In this document: positions 10,301 to 18,869 of the stretch, one piece after another | Numbering within the stretch: the stretch's first letter is position 1 | How the letters are laid out: each line of letters opens with the position of its first letter | Assembly: GCA_040772725.1 (NCBI GenBank) | Contig: JAXGXR010000001.1 | Coordinates: 856,377 to 920,376 of the forward strand | DNA: 64,000 nt | From: Clostridia bacterium | GTDB lineage: Bacteria > Bacillota > Clostridia > Saccharofermentanales > UBA5734 | Direction of reading: 5' to 3' | Program-made: the position numbers and the translations under genes | Notes under the pieces: model-generated | The model's database searches: none | What the model saw: the letters and a program-made list of their open reading frames with translations, nothing else | What the model was told of the DNA's origin: nothing

Positions 10301-10596
10301 ACACCCGTGATCTTCTTTCCCGACACGCCTTGCATGGTGATGGTCGGGCTGTCCAAGTCCGCTGCCGCGGCCGCATCCGGTGCCTGCTGCGGCTTTTCAG
10401 TTTCCTTCGCCGGCTGCGTATTGCCCGATTTGCTGTCTGAGGCCGGTTTGTCTGACTTGAGCGCTTTATTGTCCTTTTCCGGCGTCTCTGGCTCCGGCCT
10501 CGGGGCCGTGTTTCGCCCTTGAGGCTGTCCGAGTCCGTCACCTCTGACAAATCCTGCTCTCAAACCTGATCCGGCATCGTCTCTTCTTCCCAACAT
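7372..10596 (-). CDS. infB: Translation initiation factor IF-2 with long repetitive N-terminus
   Basis: [28 protein letters not shown] and NKID; start placed at ATG 10596 after GGAGG (start uncertain). Confidence 0.97.
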   Translation of the reverse strand: MLGRRDDAGSGLRAGFVRGDGLGQPQGRNTAPRPEPETPEKDNKALKSDKPASDSKSGNTQPAKETEKPQQAPDAAAAADLDSPTITMQGVSGKKITGVVKVVKAHRPEKKAEAEKPVQEEAVSRTEQPSVEKPESVTEQPPVVSTTPSQPAKAETQAEPAPKATDTRAEPAGDRIEGKPMAAEPKTPAAAMEPSSAPAAAAPAPAAASAARPQPDRTYSPRPQSDRPQGPRPQGDRPYSPRPQGDRPYGDRPQGDRPYSPRPQGDRPYGDRPQGDRPYSPRPQGDRPYGDRPQSDRPYSPRPQGDRPYSPRPQGDRPYSPRPQGDRPYNPRPQGDRPYGDRPQGDRPYGDRPQGDRPYSPRPQGQRTGGRGRPAGAAPSDDLREKLPEPPRNNIAARETFEKNAKRDDKHDVRKESVKSVQDTRDKHKSLRQQAAVLSGTDVSKALNDETVLDTLYIAPAPAKAKPSGRAPRGGRGRGQQPAPTPVVRAVLTHVTIPENLTVKEFAEAIKKTSAEVIKKLIKMGMMATVNQEIDFDTASLVAEEFGITCEKLVEVTEEEILFDDTDDKEENLKTRPPVVVVMGHVDHGKTSILDRIRSANVVSGEAGGITQHIGAYTVRANGRQITFLDTPGHEAFTTMRARGAQVTDIAILVVAADDGVMPQTVEAINHAKAANTQIVVAINKIDKEGANLDRVKQELATRELIPEEWGGTTVMVPVSAKTGQGIDELLEMVLLTADILDLKADPDKQAKGTVIEAKLDKNRGPVATVLVQRGTLRTGDTLVTGSIIGHVRAMVDDKGSTVKKAGPSIPVEILGLPEVPEAGELFYAVTDDKVARALVEKRRVNQREQQLRASSRMSLETLYAQMATGEVKDLNILVKADVQGSVEAVRQSLEKLTSPEVRINVIHGAVGAITESDIRLAEVSNAIVIGFNVRPAANVADMAKDNGVDVRMYRVIYNAIEDIQAAMKGMLAPTFKEVVLGHAEVRQLFKVSGVGTIAGCYVTDGKILRACDIRLVRDGIVIHEGKLSSLKRFKDDVREVATGYECGLSIERFNDLKEGDVIEAFEMKEVERS
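9502..9963 (-). repeat. Intragenic 30-nt tandem repeat, 15 units plus a partial unit, encoding RPQGDRPY(SP/GD)
   Basis: Visible in both the DNA and the IF2 translation. Confidence 0.95.
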
Positions 10597-10597
10597 C

Positions 10598-10999
10598 CTA
10601 TGCTTTATCCTCCAAATTTTTCGCCTCCGGCTCTGCCGGTGCATGGCCCGAAGGCTCCGTTGACTGTTTCATCGACTGGCTTTCTGCAATTTCAACCAGT
10701 CTTTTGCCAAAACCGGGATCCGTCACACCAACGGCCACCCGTTCCTTTTTACCTGTCCAGTGCCCCAGTGTGCTCCGGTCTCCCATGACCAGCAGGGGCA
10801 CGTTGTAATGGGCGCATAGTCGCCCGATCTTGTCACGAGTGTTTGGTCCGGCGTCGATGGTCAGGATCGCCAGGCACACCTTGCCGCTGCGGATCCCTGT
10901 CTCCAGAGCATCGCTGCCGGCTGCCACCCGGCCGGCCTTCACAGCCAGACCCAGAAATCGCCAGAACGCGTCACGCACGGTTTCCATCGTCCGATCCAC
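10598..10999 (-). CDS. L7Ae-family RNA-binding protein (YlxQ)
   Basis: [20 protein letters not shown]; position between ylxR and infB. Confidence 0.88.
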   Translation of the reverse strand: MDRTMETVRDAFWRFLGLAVKAGRVAAGSDALETGIRSGKVCLAILTIDAGPNTRDKIGRLCAHYNVPLLVMGDRSTLGHWTGKKERVAVGVTDPGFGKRLVEIAESQSMKQSTEPSGHAPAEPEAKNLEDKA

Positions 11000-11285
11000 G
11001 ATCCGGTTCCTCCGGCATTTCTTCCATGGCCTCGATGAGTTTTTCGATCACCGAGTCGTCCACCCGGGCCTTGAGGTTGCGATCAAACTGGTGTCGCTTG
11101 ATCGCTTGTGCCAGGCAGGTCCTGTTCCGGCAGACATACGCGCCGCGACCCGGCTTCTTTCCGGTCGGATCAAGGCTGATCTCGCCTGTCGGACTGAGAA
11201 CCAGTCGCATCAGGTCCTTTTTGGGACGCATCTCGCGACAGCTGACGCACATCCGCTCCGGTTGTTTTTTCACTCCCGCCGCCAT
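10971..11285 (-). CDS. ylxR: YlxR/RnpM family protein
   Basis: PERMCVSC...KKDLMRLV...GKKPGRGAYVC. Confidence 0.92.
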   Translation of the reverse strand: MAAGVKKQPERMCVSCREMRPKKDLMRLVLSPTGEISLDPTGKKPGRGAYVCRNRTCLAQAIKRHQFDRNLKARVDDSVIEKLIEAMEEMPEEPDRGSDDGNRA

Positions 11286-11296
11286 GTCCGATCCGA

Positions 11297-12409
11297 TCAG
11301 TCCTGATGATCAGCCGCAGTTTCTTCGGCGGCCTGCTCAAAGCGTGACATCAGTTCGGCCTCGATCATCGTCCGGTACTGCGACTCGCTCTTGATGTCGA
11401 TTTTCCAACCGGTCAGACGGGCCGCCAGTCGGGCGTTCTGCCCTTCCCGACCGATCGCGAGCGACAGCTGCTGGTCCGGAACAACCACCACGGCAATTTT
11501 TTCATCGGCATATATGTCGACACGGACGACCTTGGCCGGATTCAAGCTATTGCTGATGAATTCAACCTCGTCCGGGCGCCACTCGATGATGTCGATCTTC
11601 TCGCCCATGAGCTCGTCCATGACCGCCTGGACCCGCAGGCCGCGCTGGCCGACGCATGCGCCGACACTGTCGACATTTTCATCGCGCGACATGACGGCGA
11701 TCTTGGTCCGCGATCCCGCTTCCCGGGCGATCGAGACAATCTCGACGATGCCCGAGGCAATCTCCGGAACTTCCTGTTCAAACAGCTTGCGCACCAGATT
11801 GGGATGGCTTCGTGAGACATACACGATCGGCCGTCCCTTTTTCTCGTCCACCTTCAAGATGTAAAAACGCATGCGCTGATTGAAATTGTAGCCGTCCACG
11901 CGCACCTGCTCATTGAAGGGCAGCACCGCTTCCGCGCGACCGATGTCGACGATGACCTCCCGGCGGTCCTTGCGCTGGACGATGCCGGCCGCGATTTCGC
12001 CGATACGGCTGGAAAACTCGTTCTGGATCCGCTCACGTTCCGCGCTGCACAGTTTCTGGTTGATGACATTCTTGGCCGTCTGCGCCGCGAGCCGGCCGAA
12101 GTCCTGGGGATTCAGCTCGTAGTCGAGCATGTCGCCGACTTCAAACTCATCGGAAAGCGCATGCGCTTCAGCCAGACTCATCTCGGCATTCGGGTCCACG
12201 ACTTCGTCGACGACTGTCTTGGTCATGAACACCCGCATCGCGCCGGTTTCACGATCGACTTCAGCCCTGATGTTATCGGTCGTCTTGGCCTCGAACTCAC
12301 GCTTGTAGGCCGAAACCAAGGCTTCTTCGATCGCCTCGTAGAGAACTTCCGCGTCTATGCCGCGTTCCTTTTCCAGAGCGCGGATCGCTTCAATCAGTTC
12401 CTTGTTCAT
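11297..12409 (-). CDS. nusA: Transcription termination/antitermination factor NusA
   Basis: FGRLAAQTAK, AREAGSRTKIAV, GACVGQRG and LAIGREGQNARLAARLTGWKIDI. Confidence 0.97.
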   Translation of the reverse strand: MNKELIEAIRALEKERGIDAEVLYEAIEEALVSAYKREFEAKTTDNIRAEVDRETGAMRVFMTKTVVDEVVDPNAEMSLAEAHALSDEFEVGDMLDYELNPQDFGRLAAQTAKNVINQKLCSAERERIQNEFSSRIGEIAAGIVQRKDRREVIVDIGRAEAVLPFNEQVRVDGYNFNQRMRFYILKVDEKKGRPIVYVSRSHPNLVRKLFEQEVPEIASGIVEIVSIAREAGSRTKIAVMSRDENVDSVGACVGQRGLRVQAVMDELMGEKIDIIEWRPDEVEFISNSLNPAKVVRVDIYADEKIAVVVVPDQQLSLAIGREGQNARLAARLTGWKIDIKSESQYRTMIEAELMSRFEQAAEETAADHQD

Positions 12410-12924
12410 AAATGATGAGTCTCCTTCCTCATGCTCGGGTTCACCGGTTCCATCTTGTCAAACCGGACTGCTCTTTTCACTTTGGCGGTGTCCTTTCGGT
12501 CAAATCGTTGGACGACTCCATCATCGCCCTGGATCACCACCTGCCCGTCCTCCAGTGGACCAAGCCATCCTTCGAACTTCTTTTGGCCGTCACGCGCCTT
12601 GTAAAGGCCAACTTCGACCCAACTGCCCTCGTAGCGGGCGAAGTCACGATCGTCCTTGAGCGGGCGGTCAAGGCCGGGTGATGATACCTCGAGGTAATCA
12701 TGTGTCCTGATGTTCAGTTCGCCATCGATCACAGGATCGATCTGCTCACTGACTTTCGCGCACTCGTCGATGCTCACACCGCCGGGTCGATCCACATAAA
12801 CGCGCAGGAACCGGGCTTTGTTCTCGGTCACGAGCTCCACGTCGACAAGATCGAGGCCGAGCCCTGTGACAATGGGCTCTATCGCGTCATAGACGGTCTG
12901 GGCTGTTTTCGATCGAGCCGCCAT
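12406..12924 (-). CDS. rimP: Ribosome maturation factor RimP
   Basis: LRVYVDRPGGVSIDEC and YLEVSSPGLDRPL; AGGAGGT RBS before ATG 12924. Confidence 0.95.
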   Translation of the reverse strand: MAARSKTAQTVYDAIEPIVTGLGLDLVDVELVTENKARFLRVYVDRPGGVSIDECAKVSEQIDPVIDGELNIRTHDYLEVSSPGLDRPLKDDRDFARYEGSWVEVGLYKARDGQKKFEGWLGPLEDGQVVIQGDDGVVQRFDRKDTAKVKRAVRFDKMEPVNPSMRKETHHL

Positions 12925-13003
12925 CGGCACCTCCTGTATTGTCCGCATGGAAGCGGACTGCTTCATATCCTCAAGGCCATGGATAAACGGCAAGAAGCAA
13001 CAA

Positions 13004-13024
13004 AGAGTGGGGTCAGCCCACTCT
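13004..13024 (-). promoter_or_regulatory. rimP leader hairpin (putative attenuator)
   Basis: AGAGTGGG-ctgac-CCCACTCT followed by TTGTTG, between the promoter and rimP; resembles the known rimP-leader stem. Confidence 0.7.
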
Positions 13025-13051
13025 CCGTTCCATCCACCGTCATACGGTGAG

Positions 13052-13080
13052 AGTATACCATGTCGTTCCCTCGAATGCAA
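13052..13080 (-). promoter_or_regulatory. Sigma-A promoter of the rimP operon
   Basis: TTGCAT-17 nt-TATACT with extended TG. Confidence 0.75.
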
Positions 13081-13337
13081 TAAAAAGCCGGCATTGCGGC
13101 CTTTTATGGGTTCCCGTCCGGATGGGCCGGCCGGATGGCTGGACAGACCGTTGTGCAGGCGCTGTGCAAATACAGATACAAACGACAATATTTCGTCACA
13201 TTGACAATAATATTCAACGATTTTCGGTTGTTTCGACAAAACGAAATATCATCCTTTAACTTCATTTCACAACCCGAATCAGGTACAATGATACAAAGCC
13301 GTGGAAACGGCATGAACGATGTAAGGGAGTGATGCCC

Positions 13338-13748
13338 ATGATCAAGGTAATTGTCGGCAGCAAGGGCAGCGGCAAGACCGCTCGTCTGGTGGATGATCTC
13401 AACATGCAGGCTTTAAGCGACGCGGCCAATGTGGTCTGCATCGAACGGGGGCGGCGACTGGACCGCCTGGTGAAGTACCAGATCCGTCTGGTGGACATTT
13501 CCGAATACCCGATCAGCGGTTTCCGCGAATTGCTGGCTTTTATCGCCGGCATCAGCGCCAAGGACTATGACCTGACCCATATCTATATCGACAGCATCTT
13601 CAAGGTGGCCAACGACACCTCCATGATCAATCTTGAACGGTTCCTCAATGATATCGAGGGATTCACCGAAGTAAACAATTTCAATGTGAGCATAATCCTG
13701 TCCGCAGACCCCGATGCCCTTCCGGAATCGATACGCCGCTTCACTTGA
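13338..13748 (+). CDS. Small conserved P-loop protein of unknown function
   Basis: MIKVIVGSKGSGKT (Walker A) and THIYIDS (Walker B-like); AAGGGAG RBS. Confidence 0.8.
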   Translation: MIKVIVGSKGSGKTARLVDDLNMQALSDAANVVCIERGRRLDRLVKYQIRLVDISEYPISGFRELLAFIAGISAKDYDLTHIYIDSIFKVANDTSMINLERFLNDIEGFTEVNNFNVSIILSADPDALPESIRRFT

Positions 13749-13793
13749 CAGTCGGCCGGGAGGATGCCCAGCTGCGATCACAGCTTCCAATAG

Positions 13794-13825
13794 ACCGGGC
13801 CGGCACCAGTTGCCGGTCCGGTTTT
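13794..13825. terminator. Intrinsic terminator between convergent genes
   Basis: ACCGGGCCGGCA...TGCCGGTCCGGT followed by TTT. Confidence 0.65.
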
Positions 13826-14594
13826 ATGTTTGTCCGGGCTGTTCGGTCAGGTACTTCCAGTATTTTTTCGGCAGGTTGACACGCTGCAGTTCAAGGTTGC
13901 GTCTTTCCGGGATGGTGACATTCCGGAGGTATTGCCGCCAGAGCGCGTCGAATGGGTCAGATGCTTCGGGAGCCTGGGTGCCGTCTGCATCTAGAGCCGG
14001 CCCGCCAGGCACCAGGGCAAAGACACTGACCGGTTTTCCCGGAATATGCAGGGCTGCCAGATCGCGGCGCAAGTCACGGATGACAAACGGCTGGTCCGGC
14101 AGCCGCTCGCAAAAATGTGGCAGGATCAGGGGCAGCACGTGGTAGTCGGGTCTGAAGTCGGCCAGGAAGAGGCTTTGGGCGACCTTCCGGAATCGGATCA
14201 GTCCGAGGAAGACATGTGCCTGCCTGCGCACAGCCTGAGCGGCATGGACCACACGGGCGATATCCGGATCCAGCAGGTTGCCGGCGGGGTCGCACCGGCC
14301 ACGCAAGGCTGCCTTGAGATACCGGTGGATCGACAGTCCGATGCCCTCATCGTCTGACAGGAACGCCGCATAGGCCTGATCAAAAACCTCCGGGCCGGAC
14401 ACGCCGCCCAGTACCGATCGCAGGTGCGCGCGAAAAAGACGCTGTATGCCCGGCTCTGTCACAATGTCCTCACAAGGGAGCAGGGTCGGCTGGTCCAGAT
14501 CCGGAATCATCATCATGGGGTCATGGCCTGCCCGCAGGCCATGCGCGATCGCCGAAAGCAGGCCCGCGAAAGTGGCTTCATAACGCAGGAACAT
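13824..14594 (-). CDS. TIGR03915/DUF4130 putative DNA metabolism protein
   Basis: YEATFAGLLSAI, GLIRF, PHFCERL, LWRQY...IPERRN...PKKYWKYLTE; partner of the upstream radical SAM. Confidence 0.88.
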   Translation of the reverse strand: MFLRYEATFAGLLSAIAHGLRAGHDPMMMIPDLDQPTLLPCEDIVTEPGIQRLFRAHLRSVLGGVSGPEVFDQAYAAFLSDDEGIGLSIHRYLKAALRGRCDPAGNLLDPDIARVVHAAQAVRRQAHVFLGLIRFRKVAQSLFLADFRPDYHVLPLILPHFCERLPDQPFVIRDLRRDLAALHIPGKPVSVFALVPGGPALDADGTQAPEASDPFDALWRQYLRNVTIPERRNLELQRVNLPKKYWKYLTEQPGQT

Positions 14595-15849
14595 GTTCCA
14601 CCTCCGACAGGGTCAGCTGGAGCGGCGACTGCCGCTTCTTGCCGGCCTTGTCAGCCAGCAGCAGTCGAAGCGCTTCCGGCGACGGGATGCGGGTGGCCGG
14701 CAGGCGACCGTCACAGGTGATGAAGTAGGCGGCTCGCTTGAGGACAAGGCCCAGCCTGGTCAGGTCCTCGATCCGGATGCGACGATAGCGGCGCGCGTCA
14801 AGGATCTTCCTGGCGGACCGGGTACCGATACCGGGCACCCGCAGGAGGGTGTCGCGGTCGGCCCGGTTGATCTCAACCGGAAACAGGTCCAGATGCTGCA
14901 GGGCGTATGCGCACTTCGGATCCACCTCGAGATCGAGATCGGGCATCCGGTCATCAAGCAGTTCATCGGCAGTGAACCGGTAGAAGCGCAGCAGCCAGTC
15001 CGCCTGGTAAAGCCGGTGTTCGCGGAGCAGCGGCGGCGCGGTGTGCGTCGCGGGCAGGCGACTGTCCTCGTTGACGGGGATGTAGGCCGAGTAATAGACC
15101 CGCTTCAAGCTGTAACGGTCATAGAGTGTCTGGGCTGTCCGGAGAATCTGGACATCGCGCTCCGGGCTGGCACCGACGATCACCTGGGTGCTCTGACCGG
15201 CCGGCGCGAAGGCCGGTGCATGGCGGTAACGCACCAGGTCCGCCCGGTACTCCGCTCCGCGCTCCGCGATGTAGGCCATTTGAGGTCCGATCGCGCGCAA
15301 GGACTTTTCAGGGGCCAGTCTGCTCAGGCAAGCCTCGCTGCACTGCTCGATGTTGACGCTAACCCGGTCCGCAAGCAGTCCAAGCTGCTCGACAAGCGTG
15401 GCGCTGGCCCCCGGGATCGCCTTGGCATGGATGTAGCCGCCAAACCCCATCTGGTGGCGAAGCAGCGTGAGCGTCCGGCCCATCAGCTCCATCGTGTAAT
15501 CCGGTGACACGACCACGCCGGAACTCAGGAACAATCCTTCGATGAAATTGCGACGGTAGAAGGAGATCGTCAGGTCCGCCAGTTCCTGCGGTGTGAACGT
15601 GGCCCGTCGGATGTCGTTCGACCGGCGGTTCATGCAGTAGGCACAGTCGAACACGCAGGCATTTGACTGCAGGACCTTCAGAAGCGACACGCAGCGCCCA
15701 TCCTCCGTCCAGGTGTGGCAGATCCCGCTGGGCGCGGTGGTCCCGATGCCGCCTGGCGCAGGTCCACGTCCTGCGGTGCCGCTTGAGGAACAGGAGACAT
15801 CGTATCGCGCGGATTCACCCAGAATGCCCAGTTTCTGCATCAGGTCCAT
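14578..15849 (-). CDS. Putative DNA modification/repair radical SAM protein (TIGR03916) with HhH motif
   Basis: YDVSCSSSG, GICH, CVFDCAYC (CxxxCxxC), REHRLYQADWLLRFY and LLRVPGIG. Confidence 0.92.
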   Translation of the reverse strand: MDLMQKLGILGESARYDVSCSSSGTAGRGPAPGGIGTTAPSGICHTWTEDGRCVSLLKVLQSNACVFDCAYCMNRRSNDIRRATFTPQELADLTISFYRRNFIEGLFLSSGVVVSPDYTMELMGRTLTLLRHQMGFGGYIHAKAIPGASATLVEQLGLLADRVSVNIEQCSEACLSRLAPEKSLRAIGPQMAYIAERGAEYRADLVRYRHAPAFAPAGQSTQVIVGASPERDVQILRTAQTLYDRYSLKRVYYSAYIPVNEDSRLPATHTAPPLLREHRLYQADWLLRFYRFTADELLDDRMPDLDLEVDPKCAYALQHLDLFPVEINRADRDTLLRVPGIGTRSARKILDARRYRRIRIEDLTRLGLVLKRAAYFITCDGRLPATRIPSPEALRLLLADKAGKKRQSPLQLTLSEVEHVPAL

Positions 15850-15884
15850 CTGCCGCCCTCCGTGTGTGTGATGAGATCAAATCC

Positions 15885-15913
15885 AGTCTAGCATGGCCGA
15901 ATTGGCATGTCAA
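15885..15913 (-). promoter_or_regulatory. Sigma-A promoter of the radical SAM operon
   Basis: TTGACA-17 nt-TAGACT with extended TG. Confidence 0.75.
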
Positions 15914-15941
15914 ACATTTGTTCTTTTTGAAATCTATGTTC
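15912..15941 (-). promoter_or_regulatory. LexA (SOS) boxes, one strong and one weak
   Basis: GAACAAATGTTT (15912-15923) overlapping the -35, and GAACATAGATTT (15930-15941); Gram-positive consensus is GAAC-N4-GTTC. Confidence 0.7.
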
Positions 15942-16040
15942 CGTTTGCCGATTGATCTGCTATAATTTATTTAATATGACAGTTGTAGACGGACATCTTG
16001 TTTCCAGGCACCCCATTTCATTTCAGGAGGAGAGCAGAAC

Positions 16041-16475
16041 ATGTGGCAGGAATTCAAGAAATTCGCGATCAAGGGAAATGTCATCGACCTGGCTGTCGCT
16101 GTCGTTCTGGGCGGCGCGTTCGGCGCGATCGTGACCAGTTTCGTCAATGACATCATCATGCCGATCGTCGGGGTTTTGATCGCCGGCGTCAATTTCGCCG
16201 ATCTGAAAATCGTGCTGGCCGAAGCCAAGATCGTGGATGGCAAAGAAGTCGCCGAGGCCGCGATCCTGTACGGCAAGACCATCATGACGATCGTCCAGTT
16301 CATCATCATCGCCTTCAGCATTTTCCTGTTTGTCAAACTGATTGCCAAGGCCCGCGAGAAGGCCGAAGCGAAAGCGAAAGCCGAGGCCGAAGCGGCCGCA
16401 GCCGCCGCAGGACCGGCTCCGAAACCGGACGAAGTCCTGCTGCTCGAAGAAATCCGCGATCTGCTCAAGAAGTGA
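16041..16475 (+). CDS. mscL: Large-conductance mechanosensitive channel
   Basis: EFKKFAIKGNVIDLAVAVVLGGAF and LLEEIRDLL; TGCTATAAT extended -10 at 15958-15966. Confidence 0.96.
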   Translation: MWQEFKKFAIKGNVIDLAVAVVLGGAFGAIVTSFVNDIIMPIVGVLIAGVNFADLKIVLAEAKIVDGKEVAEAAILYGKTIMTIVQFIIIAFSIFLFVKLIAKAREKAEAKAKAEAEAAAAAAGPAPKPDEVLLLEEIRDLLKK

Positions 16476-16520
16476 GCATGCTTCAAGCGCTGGTCTGATT
16501 CGACCTGGCACAGGCAGACC

Positions 16521-16550
16521 GGCCCGGCTCCTCCCGGAGCCGGGCCTTTT
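16521..16550 (+). terminator. Intrinsic terminator after mscL
   Basis: GGCCCGGCTCC-tccc-GGAGCCGGGCC-TTTT. Confidence 0.8.
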
Positions 16551-16707
16551 CATCCCTTGTCGCCCACATGGCCATGCTGTTCTCGTTCGGCTCGTGTTTA
16601 TCTTCAAATTTCTGATCGTTTTTCCACATCCCGGTTGAAGCGTGTTGTCGACAGGCCGGAAAACGTGGTAACGTACTTCAATAACCTCGGGAGAGGAGAC
16701 TTTGCCT

Positions 16708-17211
16708 ATGCTTCGAACCTTGTCCATCCTGGTCGAGAACCGGACCGGTGTCCTGAACCGCATCACCAACCTGATCGCGCGGCGTGGTTTCAATATTGAA
16801 AGCATCGCGGCCGGTCCGACCCAGGATCCGACGATCACGCGGATCACGCTCATGCTCCTGTGCGACGAGGAGCGTCTGCAGCAAGTCATCCGTCAACTGC
16901 TCAAGCTGCCGGACATCCTGATGGTCCGCGATTTGACACCTGTCGACCATTTTTCGCGCGAACTTGCGTTCATCAAGGTCCGATCCGATGAACAGGCGCG
17001 GATGAACATCCTGCAGGTGGTCAACATATTCCGGGGTCATGTCATCGATGTATCGCCCACGACCATGACCATCGAGATCAGCGGCCGCGAGGACAAAATC
17101 AAGGCCATTCAGGAAATGCTTGTGCCTTACGGGATACTCGAAATCGTCCGGACCGGCCCGATCGCGGTCGAGCGCGGTGACCGGAGCATGAATGTCAGCA
17201 CGTCCGGTTGA
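16708..17211 (+). CDS. ilvN: Acetolactate synthase small subunit (copy 1)
   Basis: LSILVENRTGVLNRI...RRGFNIESI, RELAFIKV, EIVRTG. Confidence 0.92.
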   Translation: MLRTLSILVENRTGVLNRITNLIARRGFNIESIAAGPTQDPTITRITLMLLCDEERLQQVIRQLLKLPDILMVRDLTPVDHFSRELAFIKVRSDEQARMNILQVVNIFRGHVIDVSPTTMTIEISGREDKIKAIQEMLVPYGILEIVRTGPIAVERGDRSMNVSTSG

Positions 17212-17280
17212 CCTGAAAGTAGATGTTCAACAAGTCGTGCCGGGACTTTTACCGGCGATCAAAAAGCAGGAGGATATTTC

Positions 17281-18285
17281 ATGAAAAAGATCTACAAGGA
17301 AAATGAATGCCGCACCCACGCGCTGGACGGCAAGACCATCGCCGTCATTGGCTACGGCAGCCAGGGGCACGCTCATGCCTTGAACCTGCATGAAAGCGGT
17401 TTCGATGTCGTCGTCGGCCTCTATGAGGGAAGCAAATCGTGGGCCAAGGCTGAAAAAGCCGGTCTGAAGGTCGCCACGGCGGCAGAAGCGACCAGGATGG
17501 CGGATGTCATCATGATCCTGATCAACGATGAGAAGCAGCCCAGACTCTACGAGGAATCGATCGAGCCCAATCTGGCCGAAGGCAAGGCCATCGCCTTCGC
17601 CCACGGATTCAACATCAATTACGGCTGCATCAAGCCGCCGGCCAACATCGATGTATTCCTGATCGCGCCGAAAGGTCCCGGTCACACGGTGCGCAGCCAG
17701 TATGTCGCAGGCCGCGGTGTTCCGGCGCTCTACGCCGTCGAGCAGGACTACACAGGCAACGCACAGGCGATCGCCTTCGACTATGCCTATGGCATCGGCG
17801 CAGCCAGGGCCGGTGTGCTCGGCACGACATTCCGGGAAGAGACCGAAACTGACCTGTTCGGTGAGCAGGTCGTCCTTTGCGGCGGTGTCACCGAGTTGAT
17901 GAAGGTCGGCTTCGAGGTTCTCGTCGAAGCGGGCTATGATCCTGAAAACGCGTATTACGAGTGTGTGCACGAGATGAAGCTGATCATCGACATGGTCGCC
18001 CAGGGCGGATTGTCCTTGATGCGCTATTCGATCAGCGACACGGCCGAATACGGAGACTATTGCACGGGTCGTCGCATCATCACGGACGAGACCAAAAAGG
18101 AAATGAAAAAAGTGCTCAAGGAAATCCAGGAGGGTGTGTTTGCCCGCAACTGGATCATGGAGAATCAGGTCGGCCGCCCGAACCTGCTGTCCCGCCGCCG
18201 GATCGAGTCCGAGCACGAAGTGGAGCAGGTTGGCCGCGAGCTGCGGTCCCTGATGAGCTGGAACAAGGAGATCGATGTCCCCTGA
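17281..18285 (+). CDS. ilvC: Ketol-acid reductoisomerase
   Basis: [20 protein letters not shown] and [16 protein letters not shown]. Confidence 0.97.
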   Translation: MKKIYKENECRTHALDGKTIAVIGYGSQGHAHALNLHESGFDVVVGLYEGSKSWAKAEKAGLKVATAAEATRMADVIMILINDEKQPRLYEESIEPNLAEGKAIAFAHGFNINYGCIKPPANIDVFLIAPKGPGHTVRSQYVAGRGVPALYAVEQDYTGNAQAIAFDYAYGIGAARAGVLGTTFREETETDLFGEQVVLCGGVTELMKVGFEVLVEAGYDPENAYYECVHEMKLIIDMVAQGGLSLMRYSISDTAEYGDYCTGRRIITDETKKEMKKVLKEIQEGVFARNWIMENQVGRPNLLSRRRIESEHEVEQVGRELRSLMSWNKEIDVP

Positions 18286-18309
18286 CAGCCAGTTCCGGAT
18301 ATAGACGCT

Positions 18310-18354
18310 AAAAGGCCTTGACCTTTGTCTTCTGACATCGGTCAAGGCCTTTTT
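18310..18354. terminator. Bidirectional intrinsic terminator
   Basis: AAAAGGCCTTGACC...GGTCAAGGCCTTTT between convergent ilvC and ilvN copy 2. Confidence 0.8.
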
Positions 18355-18389
18355 CATTTGCGATCAGTGGACAAAAATGTCTCGCCTGG

Positions 18390-18866
18390 TCAGCTGCGCG
18401 GCATCGCGACCAGTCCCGTCCGGACAATCTGCAGGATGTTGAACGGCTCCATCAGTCGGATGAACGCCTCGATTTTTTCGGTCTGGCCAGTCAGTTCGAG
18501 TGTCAGGCTCGAGGTCGCGACATCGATGACCTTGGCCCGGAACACCTCCGCCATCTGGAGCACTTCCGCCCTCTTGGACGACACGGCGTCAACCTTGACC
18601 AGGATCAATTCCCGCTGAACGGACTGGCGCTCCGGCAGCAACTCGATCTTGATCACGTCGACCAGCTTGTCCAATTGCTTGATGACCTGGTCGATCATGT
18701 CTTCATCCCCGTTGACCACGATCGTGATCCTGGAGCATCCAGGCACCTCGCAAATGCCGACGGCCAGACTCTCGATGTTGAAATTGCGGCGGCTGAACAG
18801 GCCGGACACTTTGGACAGCAGGCCTGGATGGTTATTGACCAGAACGGACAGAATCTGTTGTTCCAT
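18390..18866 (-). CDS. ilvN: Acetolactate synthase small subunit (copy 2)
   Basis: LSVLVNNHPGLLSKVSGLFSRRNFNIESL, KQLDKLVDV, RELILVKV. Confidence 0.92.
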   Translation of the reverse strand: MEQQILSVLVNNHPGLLSKVSGLFSRRNFNIESLAVGICEVPGCSRITIVVNGDEDMIDQVIKQLDKLVDVIKIELLPERQSVQRELILVKVDAVSSKRAEVLQMAEVFRAKVIDVATSSLTLELTGQTEKIEAFIRLMEPFNILQIVRTGLVAMPRS

Positions 18867-18869
18867 GAC

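Noticed and set aside
9342-10550. 402-aa alternative-frame ORF overlapping the infB N-terminus
   Set aside because: Arg-rich shadow frame kept open by high GC and the stop-free repeat; no recognisable domain.
12925-13239. Extended 277-aa RimP
   Set aside because: The extension spans the promoter and leader hairpin; a strong RBS supports ATG 12924.
16607-16621. CodY box upstream of ilvN1 (AAATTTCTGATCGTT)
   Set aside because: Four mismatches to AATTTTCWGAAAATT; too weak to call.
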